From contig CAWEMM010000014.1 in NCBI GenBank assembly GCA_963810095.1, positions 264,099 through 328,098 of the forward strand: a DNA stretch of 64,000 bases, in the 5' to 3' direction. A program made the translations under genes and the position numbers. The stretch comes from an uncultured Chloroflexia bacterium. Its GTDB lineage: Bacteria > Chloroflexota > Anaerolineae > CG2-30-64-16. Under the pieces are notes generated by a model. That model was not told the origin of the DNA and ran no database searches. It saw only the letters and a list, made by a program, of their open reading frames with translations. Positions 31,533 to 41,392 of the stretch are shown here, piece after piece; the stretch's first letter is position 1; the number at the start of each line of letters is the position of its first letter.

Positions 31533-34001
31533 TAGTTTGGTCTTTCCACCCGCACGCTGCCCAGGTAGGCGCTGCCGGCGGGCGTTTCATTGTCGGGCAG
31601 CAGCGTCAGGCTCAAGCGGTAGGTGTCGGGGGGCAGGTCGGCCGGAATCGCCAAGTCGTGTTCGCCGCGCACGATCTCGCCTTCCTGCCACATGGTCGTC
31701 AGGTACGTCTCACTCACCAGCGGCGCAGTCAGTTGCGCGACGCTCTTGCCGGCCGAGTCGTTCAGCGACAACTCGAACCACCAGTCTGCGCGGGGGGCCA
31801 CGTTCGCCCGCCAGTAGAAGGTCAGGTGGAGCAGGTCGCCGGGCTTGACCGGGGTCTCGGGCGCATGGCCGAACCCCCGCTTGTACCGGTCGTGTCCGAG
31901 CAGGCTGATCGCGCCGAAGTCGAAGCGCTGGCGGTTCTGCATTTCGAGCGCGTCGAGGGGGGAGGCGTCTTGGCGCGCTGCACGTTGATGGGCGGCAGGC
32001 TGATGTAATCGCTCTCCCCGAAGAACCGGCGTCCGCCAGCTTCAGCCGCTCGCCCGTCTCGGCGTCGTACATGCCCAGGATACGCCGGTAGCTGCCCGGC
32101 GGCGTGCCCGGCGGGATGAGCACCCCGTGGTTGTCGACGACGGTCTCGCCCGGCCTTCCACGTCGTCGTCGGCCGGCTCTCGCCCGCTGGCTCCGCGTCG
32201 CGCTGCGCGATGACCTGGTTGCGCGGGTCGAGCAGCTGCAGGAACACCTTGTAACGCCGGTCGGGCTGCTGCTCGGCCGCCCACTGCAGCTGCACCTGCG
32301 TGACCTCACCCGCCACCGGCGCGAGGTTCCAACCCTCGTACCCCTTGAGCGTGATACCGTTGCTCAGCCGGGCATTGAGGTCGTCGACGAATTCTTCGGG
32401 CGAGTTGCGCTCGGGCATCACATACACGGCGAGTCGCACGTTCCCGTGCCACTGGTCGAGCGTCTTGTACCCGCGCTGATCCAGCCAGTTCTCGATCACG
32501 CCCTCCGGGTCGGCCTCGCCGGCCCCCCAGTAGAGCGCGTAGATCTTGTCGTGCTGCAGCAGCCCTTCCATCTCGGCCAGCGTCTGCTGGGGGTCCATCG
32601 GCCGCTGTTTGGGCAGCGTGTAAACCGGCAGATCGCCCTTGTAGTAATAGTCGAACACTTCGCCCTGGCCGGGCGCGTCGAGCAGGATCGCGTCGTTGGA
32701 CTGGGCGGTCGCCACGATGAACTGGCTCATTCCCCGGTAGTCGTCGCGTGCGGCGGAGGGATCGTTCCAGTACGTTGCCAGCGCGCCGGACGACCCGGCA
32801 AATACCGCTGCAAGGCTCACGCCGACCCAGGCGACCGTCAGGACATTGCGCACGATAACGCTCGGCCTGGGCCGGTCGAGCAGCAGCCAGCCGGCCGGCC
32901 CCGTGACCCCCCGGCCGAGCAACAGCACGAACGCGGGGCTGCCGATCAGCAAGAACTTCAGGTAGGCGCCCCGGAACAGGCCCAGCACCAGGATCATCGC
33001 GATCGGCGCCAACATCCACGCCAGGGGCAGCACGCACCTGATCCAGTCCATCCGCGGGCTGCCGGCCTGGTCGCGCCGGCTCAGGTAGGGCCAAGGGAGC
33101 GCGCCGAGCAGGGCCAGCACAAACGACACGCCCACCCAGGGCAGCAGCGACCCGGCCGGGATGGGGCCAAACGCCGTCGTCGTGAGCAGCGTCCGGATTT
33201 GCTCTGCCAGGGGCGCGCCGCCTGCGGGTGTGGGCCACGCGCTCAACTGGCGCACTGCTGTCGCCAGCCAGGGAGCGTACAGCCCCAACGTGATGCCGAG
33301 AAAGATCAGCCAGCGCAGGATGCGCGAGCCGACGCATCCCCGTCGCCGAGTGGCAACCAGCCACACGCCGTACAGCCCCGACGACAGCGCGATGATCAGG
33401 GGGAAGGCATAGTGTGTGTAGAGCCCGGCGGTCCAGGCCAGGATCAGGAGTTGGCCCGAGAACGGCAGCCAGCGTACACCGCAGGGGCGCTCGTTCTCCT
33501 GCCGGGGTCACTTCGCAGCGGCAGACGCCGGTCCTCCTGGCTCATCAGCCAGAAGAAGAGCAGCATCGCCACTGCAGCTTCGAGCGCCAGCAGGATGTAC
33601 ATCCGCGCTTCCTGGCTGTAGTAGATCTGGAAGGGCGCGAGCGCGGCGAACAGCCCGGCAAGGAGGCCGGTCAGCACGCCGTGGAGCCGGCGGCCAAACT
33701 CGGCCACGGCCAGGACGAGCAGCACCCCCAGCACCGCGCTGAGCGAGCGCAGCGCAGCTTCGGAGAACCCGAAAATCGAGGTCCAGAGGTGCAGCAGCCA
33801 GTAGTACAGGGGAGGGTGGATGTCGTTCGCCGCGTCCTGGGTGATCCGCGCCAGCGAGCGGCCGGCGAGCGCGACGCTGTTGCCTTCGTCGGCCCACAGG
33901 CTTTGGCTGTCGAGCTGGTAGAAACGCAGCCCCGCTGCAATGCCGAGGATCAGCAGGAGCAGCAGGATCAGCAGGCGGGCGTCCCGGTTGGGTGGCTTCA
34001 T
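31532..34001 (-). CDS. Membrane glycosyltransferase, GT39/PMT-ArnT-like (frameshifted)
   Basis: QSLWADE, DIHPPLYY, YYSQEARMY; C-terminal extracellular domains. Confidence 0.8.
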
Positions 34002-34057
34002 TGCGCTACCCTCTAATGCCTCTCCAGAGAAGTCGACGCGGATAGACGGGCGGCTCG

Positions 34058-35827
34058 TCAGAAGGGGGCGGCGCTGGCGGCGGCGCCTTTGGCTTGCGGT
34101 AGGCGCGCACCAGGCGTCGTGCGGTCGCGATCAGCAGGAACAGCGCGGCGACGGCCAATACGGCGGGCGCCACCCAGCGCAGCCAGCACGGGCCACTCGT
34201 TGCGGACGGTCAAGGCGGCCAGGCCCGCATGTCCCCCGACCACTTCGATCTTCGCCGCGTGCTTGCCGGCAGGCAGCTCGCGCGCCGCCCAGGCCAGCTC
34301 GGAGCCCATCGTCACCGTCACCGCCGGGCGGTCGTCGATCTGCACGCGCAGGCTGCCATCGCAGGTCGTCCCCGCCGGGCAAGCCGTTTGCAGGCGCAGG
34401 GCGGTCCCGTCGAAGTCGAACCACAGGGTCGATCCTGGCCCCCCGCTGCGCACCGAGCCGTAGGGCGCGGCGGGTGCATCCACGGTCTGCCAGGCGCCGC
34501 GCTCGGTAATCGCCCAACCCTCGGGCTGGTGCATGCCCGGCGACAGCACCGGCTGCACGCCGGTCAAATGCTGTTTGACGCTATCATACACCGGCTGCAG
34601 CTTGAAGTCAGGATCGGCAAGCCGGAAATACGCCTCGGGCCGTTTCGCCTTGAGCCAGTCGTCGGTGGCGCGCTTGAAGTACCACGTGTTAAGCACGCCC
34701 ACCCACGGCCACTCGGCTTCGGCCCGGTCGTAGGCCAGCGCGGTATAGCGCCCCTGCTGCTCGGGTGTGACCCGGCCGAAACGCTGATCCGGCGCATCCG
34801 CCGGCACCGTGTTCCAGCCCAACTCGCTGATCCACAGCGGCTTGTTCGCGTCGCCGTTCTTCACCATCAGGTCGCGAATGAACTCGGGCCGGGCGAAGTT
34901 CATGACCCGGGGGTGCATGCGGTGATCGGTGGGCCCCGACCACAACCCGTAGGCTTGCATGGCCATGATGTCGAAGTAGGGGGCTGCGCCGGCATCGTAC
35001 ATGCGCTGGAGGTAGATCAGGTCGTTGACCGCGTTGCCCGGCGCCGGGGCGTCCGGCGCCAACTCGATGGTGCTGGCGAGCGCGCCGGCAATAATCACCG
35101 CATTCGGATCGGCCTCGCGGGCGCGCGTCGCGCCGACCTTGAGCAGGCGGGTATAGTCTTCGGGACTGATCGGGTAATTGCCCCACTCGGGGTAGATGTT
35201 GGGCTCGTTCCAGAGTTGGTAGTACTTGATGCGCCCCTTGTAGCGGCTGACCAGCTGGTAGACGAAGTCGCCGAAATCGTCGTAGTTGTCGGGCGGGGCG
35301 AAGGTGCCCACCTCGTCGCCCTTCGCGCGCGTCCAGGCGGGCGGCGTGCTGACGCGGACGATGAGCTCCATGCCGTACTTCTCGGCCAGGTCCACGATCT
35401 GGTCGTACTTCTCCCACGACGACTTCACGGGCTGGTTGCGACGATCCTCGAAGTCGCCTTTGCCGTGAATCTCGATGTCCTGCCAGGGGAACTCCTGCCG
35501 CAGCCAGTGGTATCCCGCGTCTTTGGCCAGCCGCACCGTCTGCTCGCGCTTGGCGGGCTCGACTTCCTCGTTGAGAAAGACATTGACGCCGTACGGGTTG
35601 AGGTTCGCGTACTTGACCGGCGCTTCGGGCGCCAGGTCGAGCCGGGGCCGGAGCAGGTCGGCCGAGAGGTCGGTGAGGGCCTTCAGTTGTGAGAAGAGCG
35701 CTTCTTCGCCGGTGAGGTTAAAGAGAAAGTTGCGGAAGGCATGGCGCCCACCGTACACGCCGAGGGCGAGCACGACGATCAGCAGCAGCCAGCCCAACTG
35801 GCGAAGGGGAGAACGGCGTCGAGTCAT
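34058..35827 (-). CDS. Clan GH-A glycoside hydrolase (GH5/GH39-like), membrane anchored
   Basis: WNEPN acid/base and WISELGW nucleophile motifs. Confidence 0.82.
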   Translation of the reverse strand: MTRRRSPLRQLGWLLLIVVLALGVYGGRHAFRNFLFNLTGEEALFSQLKALTDLSADLLRPRLDLAPEAPVKYANLNPYGVNVFLNEEVEPAKREQTVRLAKDAGYHWLRQEFPWQDIEIHGKGDFEDRRNQPVKSSWEKYDQIVDLAEKYGMELIVRVSTPPAWTRAKGDEVGTFAPPDNYDDFGDFVYQLVSRYKGRIKYYQLWNEPNIYPEWGNYPISPEDYTRLLKVGATRAREADPNAVIIAGALASTIELAPDAPAPGNAVNDLIYLQRMYDAGAAPYFDIMAMQAYGLWSGPTDHRMHPRVMNFARPEFIRDLMVKNGDANKPLWISELGWNTVPADAPDQRFGRVTPEQQGRYTALAYDRAEAEWPWVGVLNTWYFKRATDDWLKAKRPEAYFRLADPDFKLQPVYDSVKQHLTGVQPVLSPGMHQPEGWAITERGAWQTVDAPAAPYGSVRSGGPGSTLWFDFDGTALRLQTACPAGTTCDGSLRVQIDDRPAVTVTMGSELAWAARELPAGKHAAKIEVVGGHAGLAALTVRNEWPVLAALGGARRIGRRRAVPADRDRTTPGARLPQAKGAAASAAPF

Positions 35828-35847
35828 GAAGTAGTCAGGTCAGGGCT

Positions 35848-36049
35848 GCATCCTTCGACTTCGTCGGGCGAAACCATCGCCCGACTCCGCTCAGGATGCT
35901 TAAGGATCCGAATGAGGCAAAAGCATCGTTCGACTTCGTCGGGCGAAATCATCGTCCGACTTCGCTCAGGATGCTTATGAATCCGAATGAAGCAAAAGCA
36001 TCCTGAGCGGAGCACCGCGGTAGTTTGGCGGTGCGCAGTCGAAGGATGC
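35848..36049. repeat. Cluster of three REP-like units at 75-bp spacing
   Basis: GCATCCTTCGACT-[hairpin]-CGCTCAGGATGC at 35848, 35923 and inverted at 35998. Confidence 0.85.
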
Positions 36050-36066
36050 GGACCTTCATAAGTGAT

Positions 36067-36377
36067 TCACTTTCTCTGTTTGCGCCCTTCGCGAGATACC
36101 CGTTCGGCACGTACGATCTCGTGCACTTCGTCCAGATTACCGCGGATGAGCGCTTCCTTCTTCGCGCGCGCGACCAGCCCTTCAACTGCCGTTCGACAAG
36201 AAAGGCGTCATGCTCGGTGGTAAAGTCGCAGGACCAGACAAGCTCGACAGGCAGTCGATGGCTTGTATAGCCCTGGAACGTTCCTGCATTATGTTCTTCG
36301 ATGCGCCTTTGCAGGTTCCACGTCGATCCCACATAATAGGAGCCATCGGCACAACAAAGGATGTAGACGTAGTACAT
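36067..36377 (-). CDS. GIY-YIG nuclease (small YhbQ-like; frameshift near 36165)
   Basis: YYVYIL...YYVGST..L.RR..EH, E.QLKGWSRAKK.ALI. Confidence 0.88.
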
Positions 36378-36462
36378 GGAGACGGGTCTCCAAACGGCCG
36401 CATCCTGCGGGTGTGCCCCGGCCTGCCAAAGGCGGGCCAGGGCACGGCGGGGGGATGCTCCC

Positions 36463-37440
36463 CTAGTTCTTCAGGAACGTGATCCCAGTGCACTGCATGC
36501 CCTGGTTCAGGGTGTACACGAACTTGTTCGATTGCGGTGCAGGCGGACCCGAGAAGCTGGACAGGTCGCCGCTAACCGGCACGCCATCGCAGCTGGTCAC
36601 ATAGATTTCCACGGTTGTGCCGGCGCCGGGCGGGCTGCTGCCGAACGGTGCGAAGCCCCAGACGCCGTTCCCGGCGCCACCGCAGCCGCTGCACTTCGTC
36701 TGGCGGGGCCCGAAGAAGGCGATGTGCACGCACACGCCGTTCAACAGGTTATTGCTCCGGTCGCGAACGAAGCCGTTGAAATAGGTGCTGCCCGGATTCG
36801 GCTGGCAGTTGGCCGAGCCCTCCATGTAGGAGTAGGCGTACTGGGGCTGGGGCGGCGCGGGCGGGCTTGTCGGCTGAGCCGGCGGCGCAGGCGGGTTGGT
36901 GGGCCGCGGGCGGGCCGTTGGCTGGGGCCGGGCCGTGGGGAGCGCCGGCGCCTGCGCGACCTCGACCCCGTTCAGGTCGCCCGCAACACTTACGAGCGCA
37001 GCGGTCACCCAACCGTCCTTGCCGTTGAAGTCGAACTTCACCCAGTCGCCGCCGTCGTTGCGGCCCGTCACGTCGAAGGACTGGCCCGCCGTCAGGCGGC
37101 CGATGGCCGGGTATGCGGTGCCGGGTCCGCTGCGGACATTGACGTTCTGCGACGCGGTGAGCTTGGTCACCGCAGGCTCGGGCGTGGCCGTCGGCTCGGA
37201 CGTGGCGGCAGGGGCTTCGGTCGGTTGCGCTGCGACCGTCGCGACTGCTTCGGCCGTCGCCTGGATGGGCTGGGCTGTGGCGAACGCAATGGACGTCGGC
37301 GTCCAGTCTGGCGTCGGCGTGAAGGTCGGTTTGGGCGTCTTGGTCGGCGGCACCGGGCTGGGGGCCGGGGCATTGGCGCCACAGCCTGCCAGCGCTATGA
37401 CCAACAGCGCGAGCAACAGAATACTAGCTTTCCTGAACAT
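36463..37440 (-). CDS. SH3-domain lipoprotein
   Basis: Lipobox LAGC, Pro/Thr linker, VNVRSGPGTAY SH3b. Confidence 0.8.
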   Translation of the reverse strand: MFRKASILLLALLVIALAGCGANAPAPSPVPPTKTPKPTFTPTPDWTPTSIAFATAQPIQATAEAVATVAAQPTEAPAATSEPTATPEPAVTKLTASQNVNVRSGPGTAYPAIGRLTAGQSFDVTGRNDGGDWVKFDFNGKDGWVTAALVSVAGDLNGVEVAQAPALPTARPQPTARPRPTNPPAPPAQPTSPPAPPQPQYAYSYMEGSANCQPNPGSTYFNGFVRDRSNNLLNGVCVHIAFFGPRQTKCSGCGGAGNGVWGFAPFGSSPPGAGTTVEIYVTSCDGVPVSGDLSSFSGPPAPQSNKFVYTLNQGMQCTGITFLKN

Positions 37441-37614
37441 GGAAACGAACACCTCGAGTGAGTTTAGAGGTCGCACGACCCGGCCACGTGGATGGCGTCG
37501 ACGCGACGCGTGCGTCCGGGACCCGCTCCAGGCAGGGCGAACCTGCCACAGTCGGGTCTTGGGATTGTAACATAACTAACGAATCGGCCAAACTTATCCT
37601 TGATGGGCCAAGAT

Positions 37615-37674
37615 GTAGGGGCGAGCTTCAGCTCGCCCGTGCTCAGGCCAAGCGCGAGCTGAGCTCGCCCCTAC
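37615..37674. repeat. GTAG-type REP doublet (REPIN-like)
   Basis: GTAGGGGCGAGCTTCAGCTCGCCC ... GCGAGCTGAGCTCGCCCCTAC. Confidence 0.75.
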
Positions 37675-37688
37675 GTGAGCACATGCCC

Positions 37689-38811
37689 CTACTTCTTGCA
37701 TCTCCGGATGCCGTCCTGTGCGGGCTTCGAATCCGGGTTGAGCTCCAGCGCCTTCTCGAACCACTTGATCCCGCTCGGGACAGTCTTCCAGGTACGAATA
37801 GGCCAGCCCGAGCTCGTAGAAGTACTCTTCGTTCTTGAGCCCCAGCTCGAAGGCCTTGTTGAAGCTCTCGATCGCCGACTCCCAGTTGAGCTGCGTGTAA
37901 TACAGCCGCCCCAGGTGCGCGTGAGCCGGCGCGTAATCCGGATCCAGCTCGATGGCCTTACGCAGCATCGCCTTCCCGCGGTCAGGATCGCCGTTGAGGG
38001 CGCTGGCGTGGCCCAGTGCGTCGTAGCCGGTCGGCGCGTCCGGGTTTGCCTCGACGGCCTTCTCGAACTGCTCGATGGCCTTCTCGTAATCGTTCAGCAC
38101 CATGTAGATGTTGCCGGCGCTGATGTAAATGTAGCCCAGCTTCGGCGCCAGCTCGGCCGCCTTGGCGTAGGATTCGAGCGCCTCGTCCGAACGGCCCTGC
38201 ATCGACAGCACGTAACCCAGGTTGCGGATCACGTAGCCGCTGTTCGGATCGAGCTTCTCGGCCTGCCGGGCCTCGTCCAGCGCCCGCTGCCAGTTGTTGC
38301 GATCTGCATACACCTCGCCCAGCGTGGCGTGCGCTTGCGCCGACATCGGGTCGGTGTCCACGGCCTTCAGCGCGTTCTTGATGGCCTCATCGTACTGCCC
38401 GCTCCAGTCCTGGGCCATGGCGAGGATCGACAGGTTCTCGGCGCTCGGCTCGACGTCCACAGCCTTCTGCGCCAGCGGCACGGCCTTCTCAGGATGCCCC
38501 CGCATGATCCACAGCCACGCCAACTGGTAGAGCGTCCGGTGGTTCTCCGGCTCCAGGTTGAGCATGGTCTCGTAGCTGGCACCGGCCTTCGCCAGCAGCC
38601 CCGCTTTGTACGCGTCCTCCGCCTCGGCCAGGTAGCTGACCGCAGAGCGGGTGGGCGTCGCGGTGGGCGCCAGCGGGTTGAACGGGTTTTCGAAGAACCG
38701 GGTGCGCGTCGCCAGGAGATAGACGCCGGGAATCAGGATGATGGCGGCCAGGAATATGAACGGCCAGGGCGACCGGCGCTTACGTCCGCGATACCGGCGG
38801 TCGATATACAT
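37689..38811 (-). CDS. TPR-repeat protein with N-terminal membrane anchor (3' frameshift)
   Basis: Multiple A...F.KA.EL.P TPR units. Confidence 0.85.
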
Positions 38812-39656
38812 TACTTTGGCTCCTGCAGAGCCGCCACATCGGCAACGGTCTGCATAATCGACCGGTCGATCTCGGGTTGCCCGTTGCTCATGATCAGCGT
38901 CGTGGTCGTCAGCGCCGCGGGTCCGCCGTGGTAGTCGATCAGATGGCCGCCGGCCTCGTCGATCAGCACCCAGCCCGGCGCAAAGTCCCAGGGCTTCAAA
39001 CCGGTTTCCCAATAGGCCTCCAGGTGCCCCGCAGCCACCCACACCATGGTCATCGACGCGGCGCCCATGCGGCGCACCGACTGCGTCAGATTGTCAAGGA
39101 TGGCGAACTCGCTGTGCCGGGCGCGGCCGGCGTCCGTGCGCGCGTACTGGAAGCCCGTCGCCAGGATGGCGTGCTTGAGCTCGTTGACCTCCGAGACGTG
39201 CAAACGGGTCTCTCCGTTCCCGCCCGCTGCCGAGCTGCGCGCCCACGCCCCCCGGCCCCGCATGGCCCAATAGGTGCGGTTGTTTGAGGGCTCGTGCGTG
39301 ACCCCGAGCACGGGGTACCCGTGATGCGCCAGCGCGATGTTTACGCCGTAAATCGGCAGACCATGGCTGTAGTTCGTCGTGCCGTCGAGCGGGTCGACAA
39401 TCCACACCCACTCCGCATCGGAGAAGCGCTGATTCATCTCCTCCGAGATGACACCGTAGGTGGGGTAGGCGGAGCCAAGCTCTGACAGGATGAAGCGCTC
39501 GGATGCGACGTCGGCTTCGGTGACGATGTCGAAATGTCCGAGCTTCGTGCGCGTCGATTCCGGGTTCAGCCCGCGCTCCTGAATGCCCAACAGAATATCC
39601 CCCGCCCGCTGCGCGAGGTCGATCGCAAAGTCGAGATGTTGCTGATCCATGTTCAT
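38811..39656 (-). CDS. suhB: Inositol monophosphatase family protein
   Basis: VTEAD, SEE, WIVDPLDGTTNY, PWD. Confidence 0.88.
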   Translation of the reverse strand: MNMDQQHLDFAIDLAQRAGDILLGIQERGLNPESTRTKLGHFDIVTEADVASERFILSELGSAYPTYGVISEEMNQRFSDAEWVWIVDPLDGTTNYSHGLPIYGVNIALAHHGYPVLGVTHEPSNNRTYWAMRGRGAWARSSAAGGNGETRLHVSEVNELKHAILATGFQYARTDAGRARHSEFAILDNLTQSVRRMGAASMTMVWVAAGHLEAYWETGLKPWDFAPGWVLIDEAGGHLIDYHGGPAALTTTTLIMSNGQPEIDRSIMQTVADVAALQEPK

Positions 39657-39671
39657 CCACAGGTTGGAATT

Positions 39672-39756
39672 GGGACGCAGATTTGACTGATCTGACTGAT
39701 GGACGTGATCCTCATCAAGATCATCTCAATCAGTCAGATCAGTTCGATCAGCGTTC
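39672..39756. repeat. Palindromic element with 9-nt periodic arms
   Basis: GCAGATTTGACTGATCTGACTGAT ... ATCAGTCAGATCAGTTCGATCAGCGTTC. Confidence 0.65.
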
Positions 39757-40490
39757 GATTTCAAGTTACAGCCGGCGCCCAGTCCCAAGCGCATTAGGTT
39801 CCCGCGCACTTGGCGGGCATAGCCGGGTCCCAACAGGCGCAACATTTCCTTCACCGTGGCCCGGCGCGACGCCGGCCCTCTCGGGCACAGGGGCGGGGGC
39901 GGAGGAAAGCCGCAAGCCCGGGCGAACGCAGCCAGCTCGCGCTCGGGGATGTAGATCAATGGCCGGATCAGCCGGAACCGGCCTTCGAAATAGTCCCCCA
40001 CCGGCGCCAGGCTCCTGACGCTCCCCACGTACAAAATGTTCAGCAGCGTGGTCTGCGCAAGGTCGTCGGCATGGTGCGCGTAGGCCAGGACGTTGCACCC
40101 GAGTTCGTCCGCTGCGGTGAACAACGCCTTGCGGCGCAGCCAGGTGCAGCGCTGGCAGTCGAGGGGCGCCGCGTCGCCTGCGTTCAACTCCGGTTCGACG
40201 ACCCGGTAGGGCAGCCCTCGGCCCGCCAGCCACGTTTCGAGCGGCTCGTGCGGCCCGGTGATCCCGGTCGCATCGCCCCGCACGTGGACCGCCGCCACCT
40301 CGTAGTGCTCCGGCGCTGCCCGGCGGTGACGCTCCAGCAGCTCCAGCAGCGCCAGGCTGTCCTTCCCGCCCGACACCGCCACCGCAACCCGGTCGCCGTC
40401 ATGGAGCATGTCAAAGTCGCGCACCGCCTTGCTTAGGTCCCGGAGCAAGTAGTGCGCTTGCTTATCTACGGAGGTTGCTACGAATTTCAC
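39726..40490 (-). CDS. ttcA: tRNA 2-thiocytidine biosynthesis TtcA-family protein
   Basis: PP-loop SGGKDS, CxxC..RR, HHADD, LIRPL. Confidence 0.85.
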   Translation of the reverse strand: MKFVATSVDKQAHYLLRDLSKAVRDFDMLHDGDRVAVAVSGGKDSLALLELLERHRRAAPEHYEVAAVHVRGDATGITGPHEPLETWLAGRGLPYRVVEPELNAGDAAPLDCQRCTWLRRKALFTAADELGCNVLAYAHHADDLAQTTLLNILYVGSVRSLAPVGDYFEGRFRLIRPLIYIPERELAAFARACGFPPPPPLCPRGPASRRATVKEMLRLLGPGYARQVRGNLMRLGLGAGCNLKSNADRTDLTD

Positions 40491-40551
40491 GAATTCGCCG
40501 AATTTGACGAATTTGATCTCATCGAATTCGTATCATTCGTGTAATTCGTGG
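40478..40551. repeat. Palindromic element with 9-nt periodic arms overlapping a gene junction
   Basis: ACGAATTTCACGAATT ... AATTCGTATCATTCGTGTAATTCGTG. Confidence 0.65.
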
Positions 40552-41392
40552 CGGCGCGTTCTTTTAGCCGCCGTACCGCCTTCATGGGCACGTAGACCCC
40601 GCCGAGGTCGGGCTCGTTGGGGCGAATGCCGTGAAAGTCGGTGCCTCCGGTGACCAGGAGCCCGTGCTGGCGCGCCATCAGCATCAGGCGCTCGATCGTG
40701 ACCGCGTCATAGCCGGGGTAGTAGACCTCGATGCCCGCCAACCCCGCGGCCAACATTTCGGGCAGCAAGCTCGCCTCGTCGAAGCGCGCCTTGATCATCC
40801 CGTACTTGTCGAAGAACACCGGATGAGCCAGCACCGGCAGGCCGCCTGCACGCCGAATGAGCGCGCACGCCTCGGCAGGGCTGAACTTCATGCGCTCGAC
40901 ATAAGCGGGGCTGTTCCGGCCGATGTACTTCTCGAAGGCCTGGCTGTAGCTCGTGACATGGCCGGCTTCGAGGAGGGCCTGGGCCACGTGGGGCCGGCCC
41001 ACCGCGCCTTCGCCTGCAATCTGCAGGATGCGCTCGAAGGTGATGGGCGCGCCCATTTCGGTCAGCACTTCGGCCATGCGTTTGGCCCGGCCCACCCGGC
41101 CCTCGCGGATCAGCGCCAGCTTTTCGTTCAACTCGTCGTGCTGCGGATCGACGAAGTACCCCAGCACGTGGACTTCCGCCCCGGGCACATCCGTATTGAT
41201 CTCGACGCCCGCGATCACTTCGACACCCAGGCTCGCCCCGGTCGCCTGGCCCTCGGCCACGCCGCCCACCGTGTCGTGGTCGGTGATGGCCATGACCTTC
41301 AGGCCGAGCCGGCTGGCGCGGTGGACGAGTTGGGCCGGCGCGAAGGAACCGTCGGACGCGGTCGTATGCGTATGTAGGTCGACCTGGTTCAC
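40487..41392 (-). CDS. PHP-domain phosphoesterase (TrpH/YciV-like)
   Basis: DLHTHTTASDG, TDHD, GRPH, AHP, GTDFHG. Confidence 0.92.
   Translation of the reverse strand: MNQVDLHTHTTASDGSFAPAQLVHRASRLGLKVMAITDHDTVGGVAEGQATGASLGVEVIAGVEINTDVPGAEVHVLGYFVDPQHDELNEKLALIREGRVGRAKRMAEVLTEMGAPITFERILQIAGEGAVGRPHVAQALLEAGHVTSYSQAFEKYIGRNSPAYVERMKFSPAEACALIRRAGGLPVLAHPVFFDKYGMIKARFDEASLLPEMLAAGLAGIEVYYPGYDAVTIERLMLMARQHGLLVTGGTDFHGIRPNEPDLGGVYVPMKAVRRLKERAATNYTNDTNSMRSNSSNSANS

Noticed and set aside
35848-36049. Possible CRISPR array
   Set aside because: The inter-unit sequences are near-identical, the third unit is inverted, and no cas genes are adjacent; it is a REP-type cluster.
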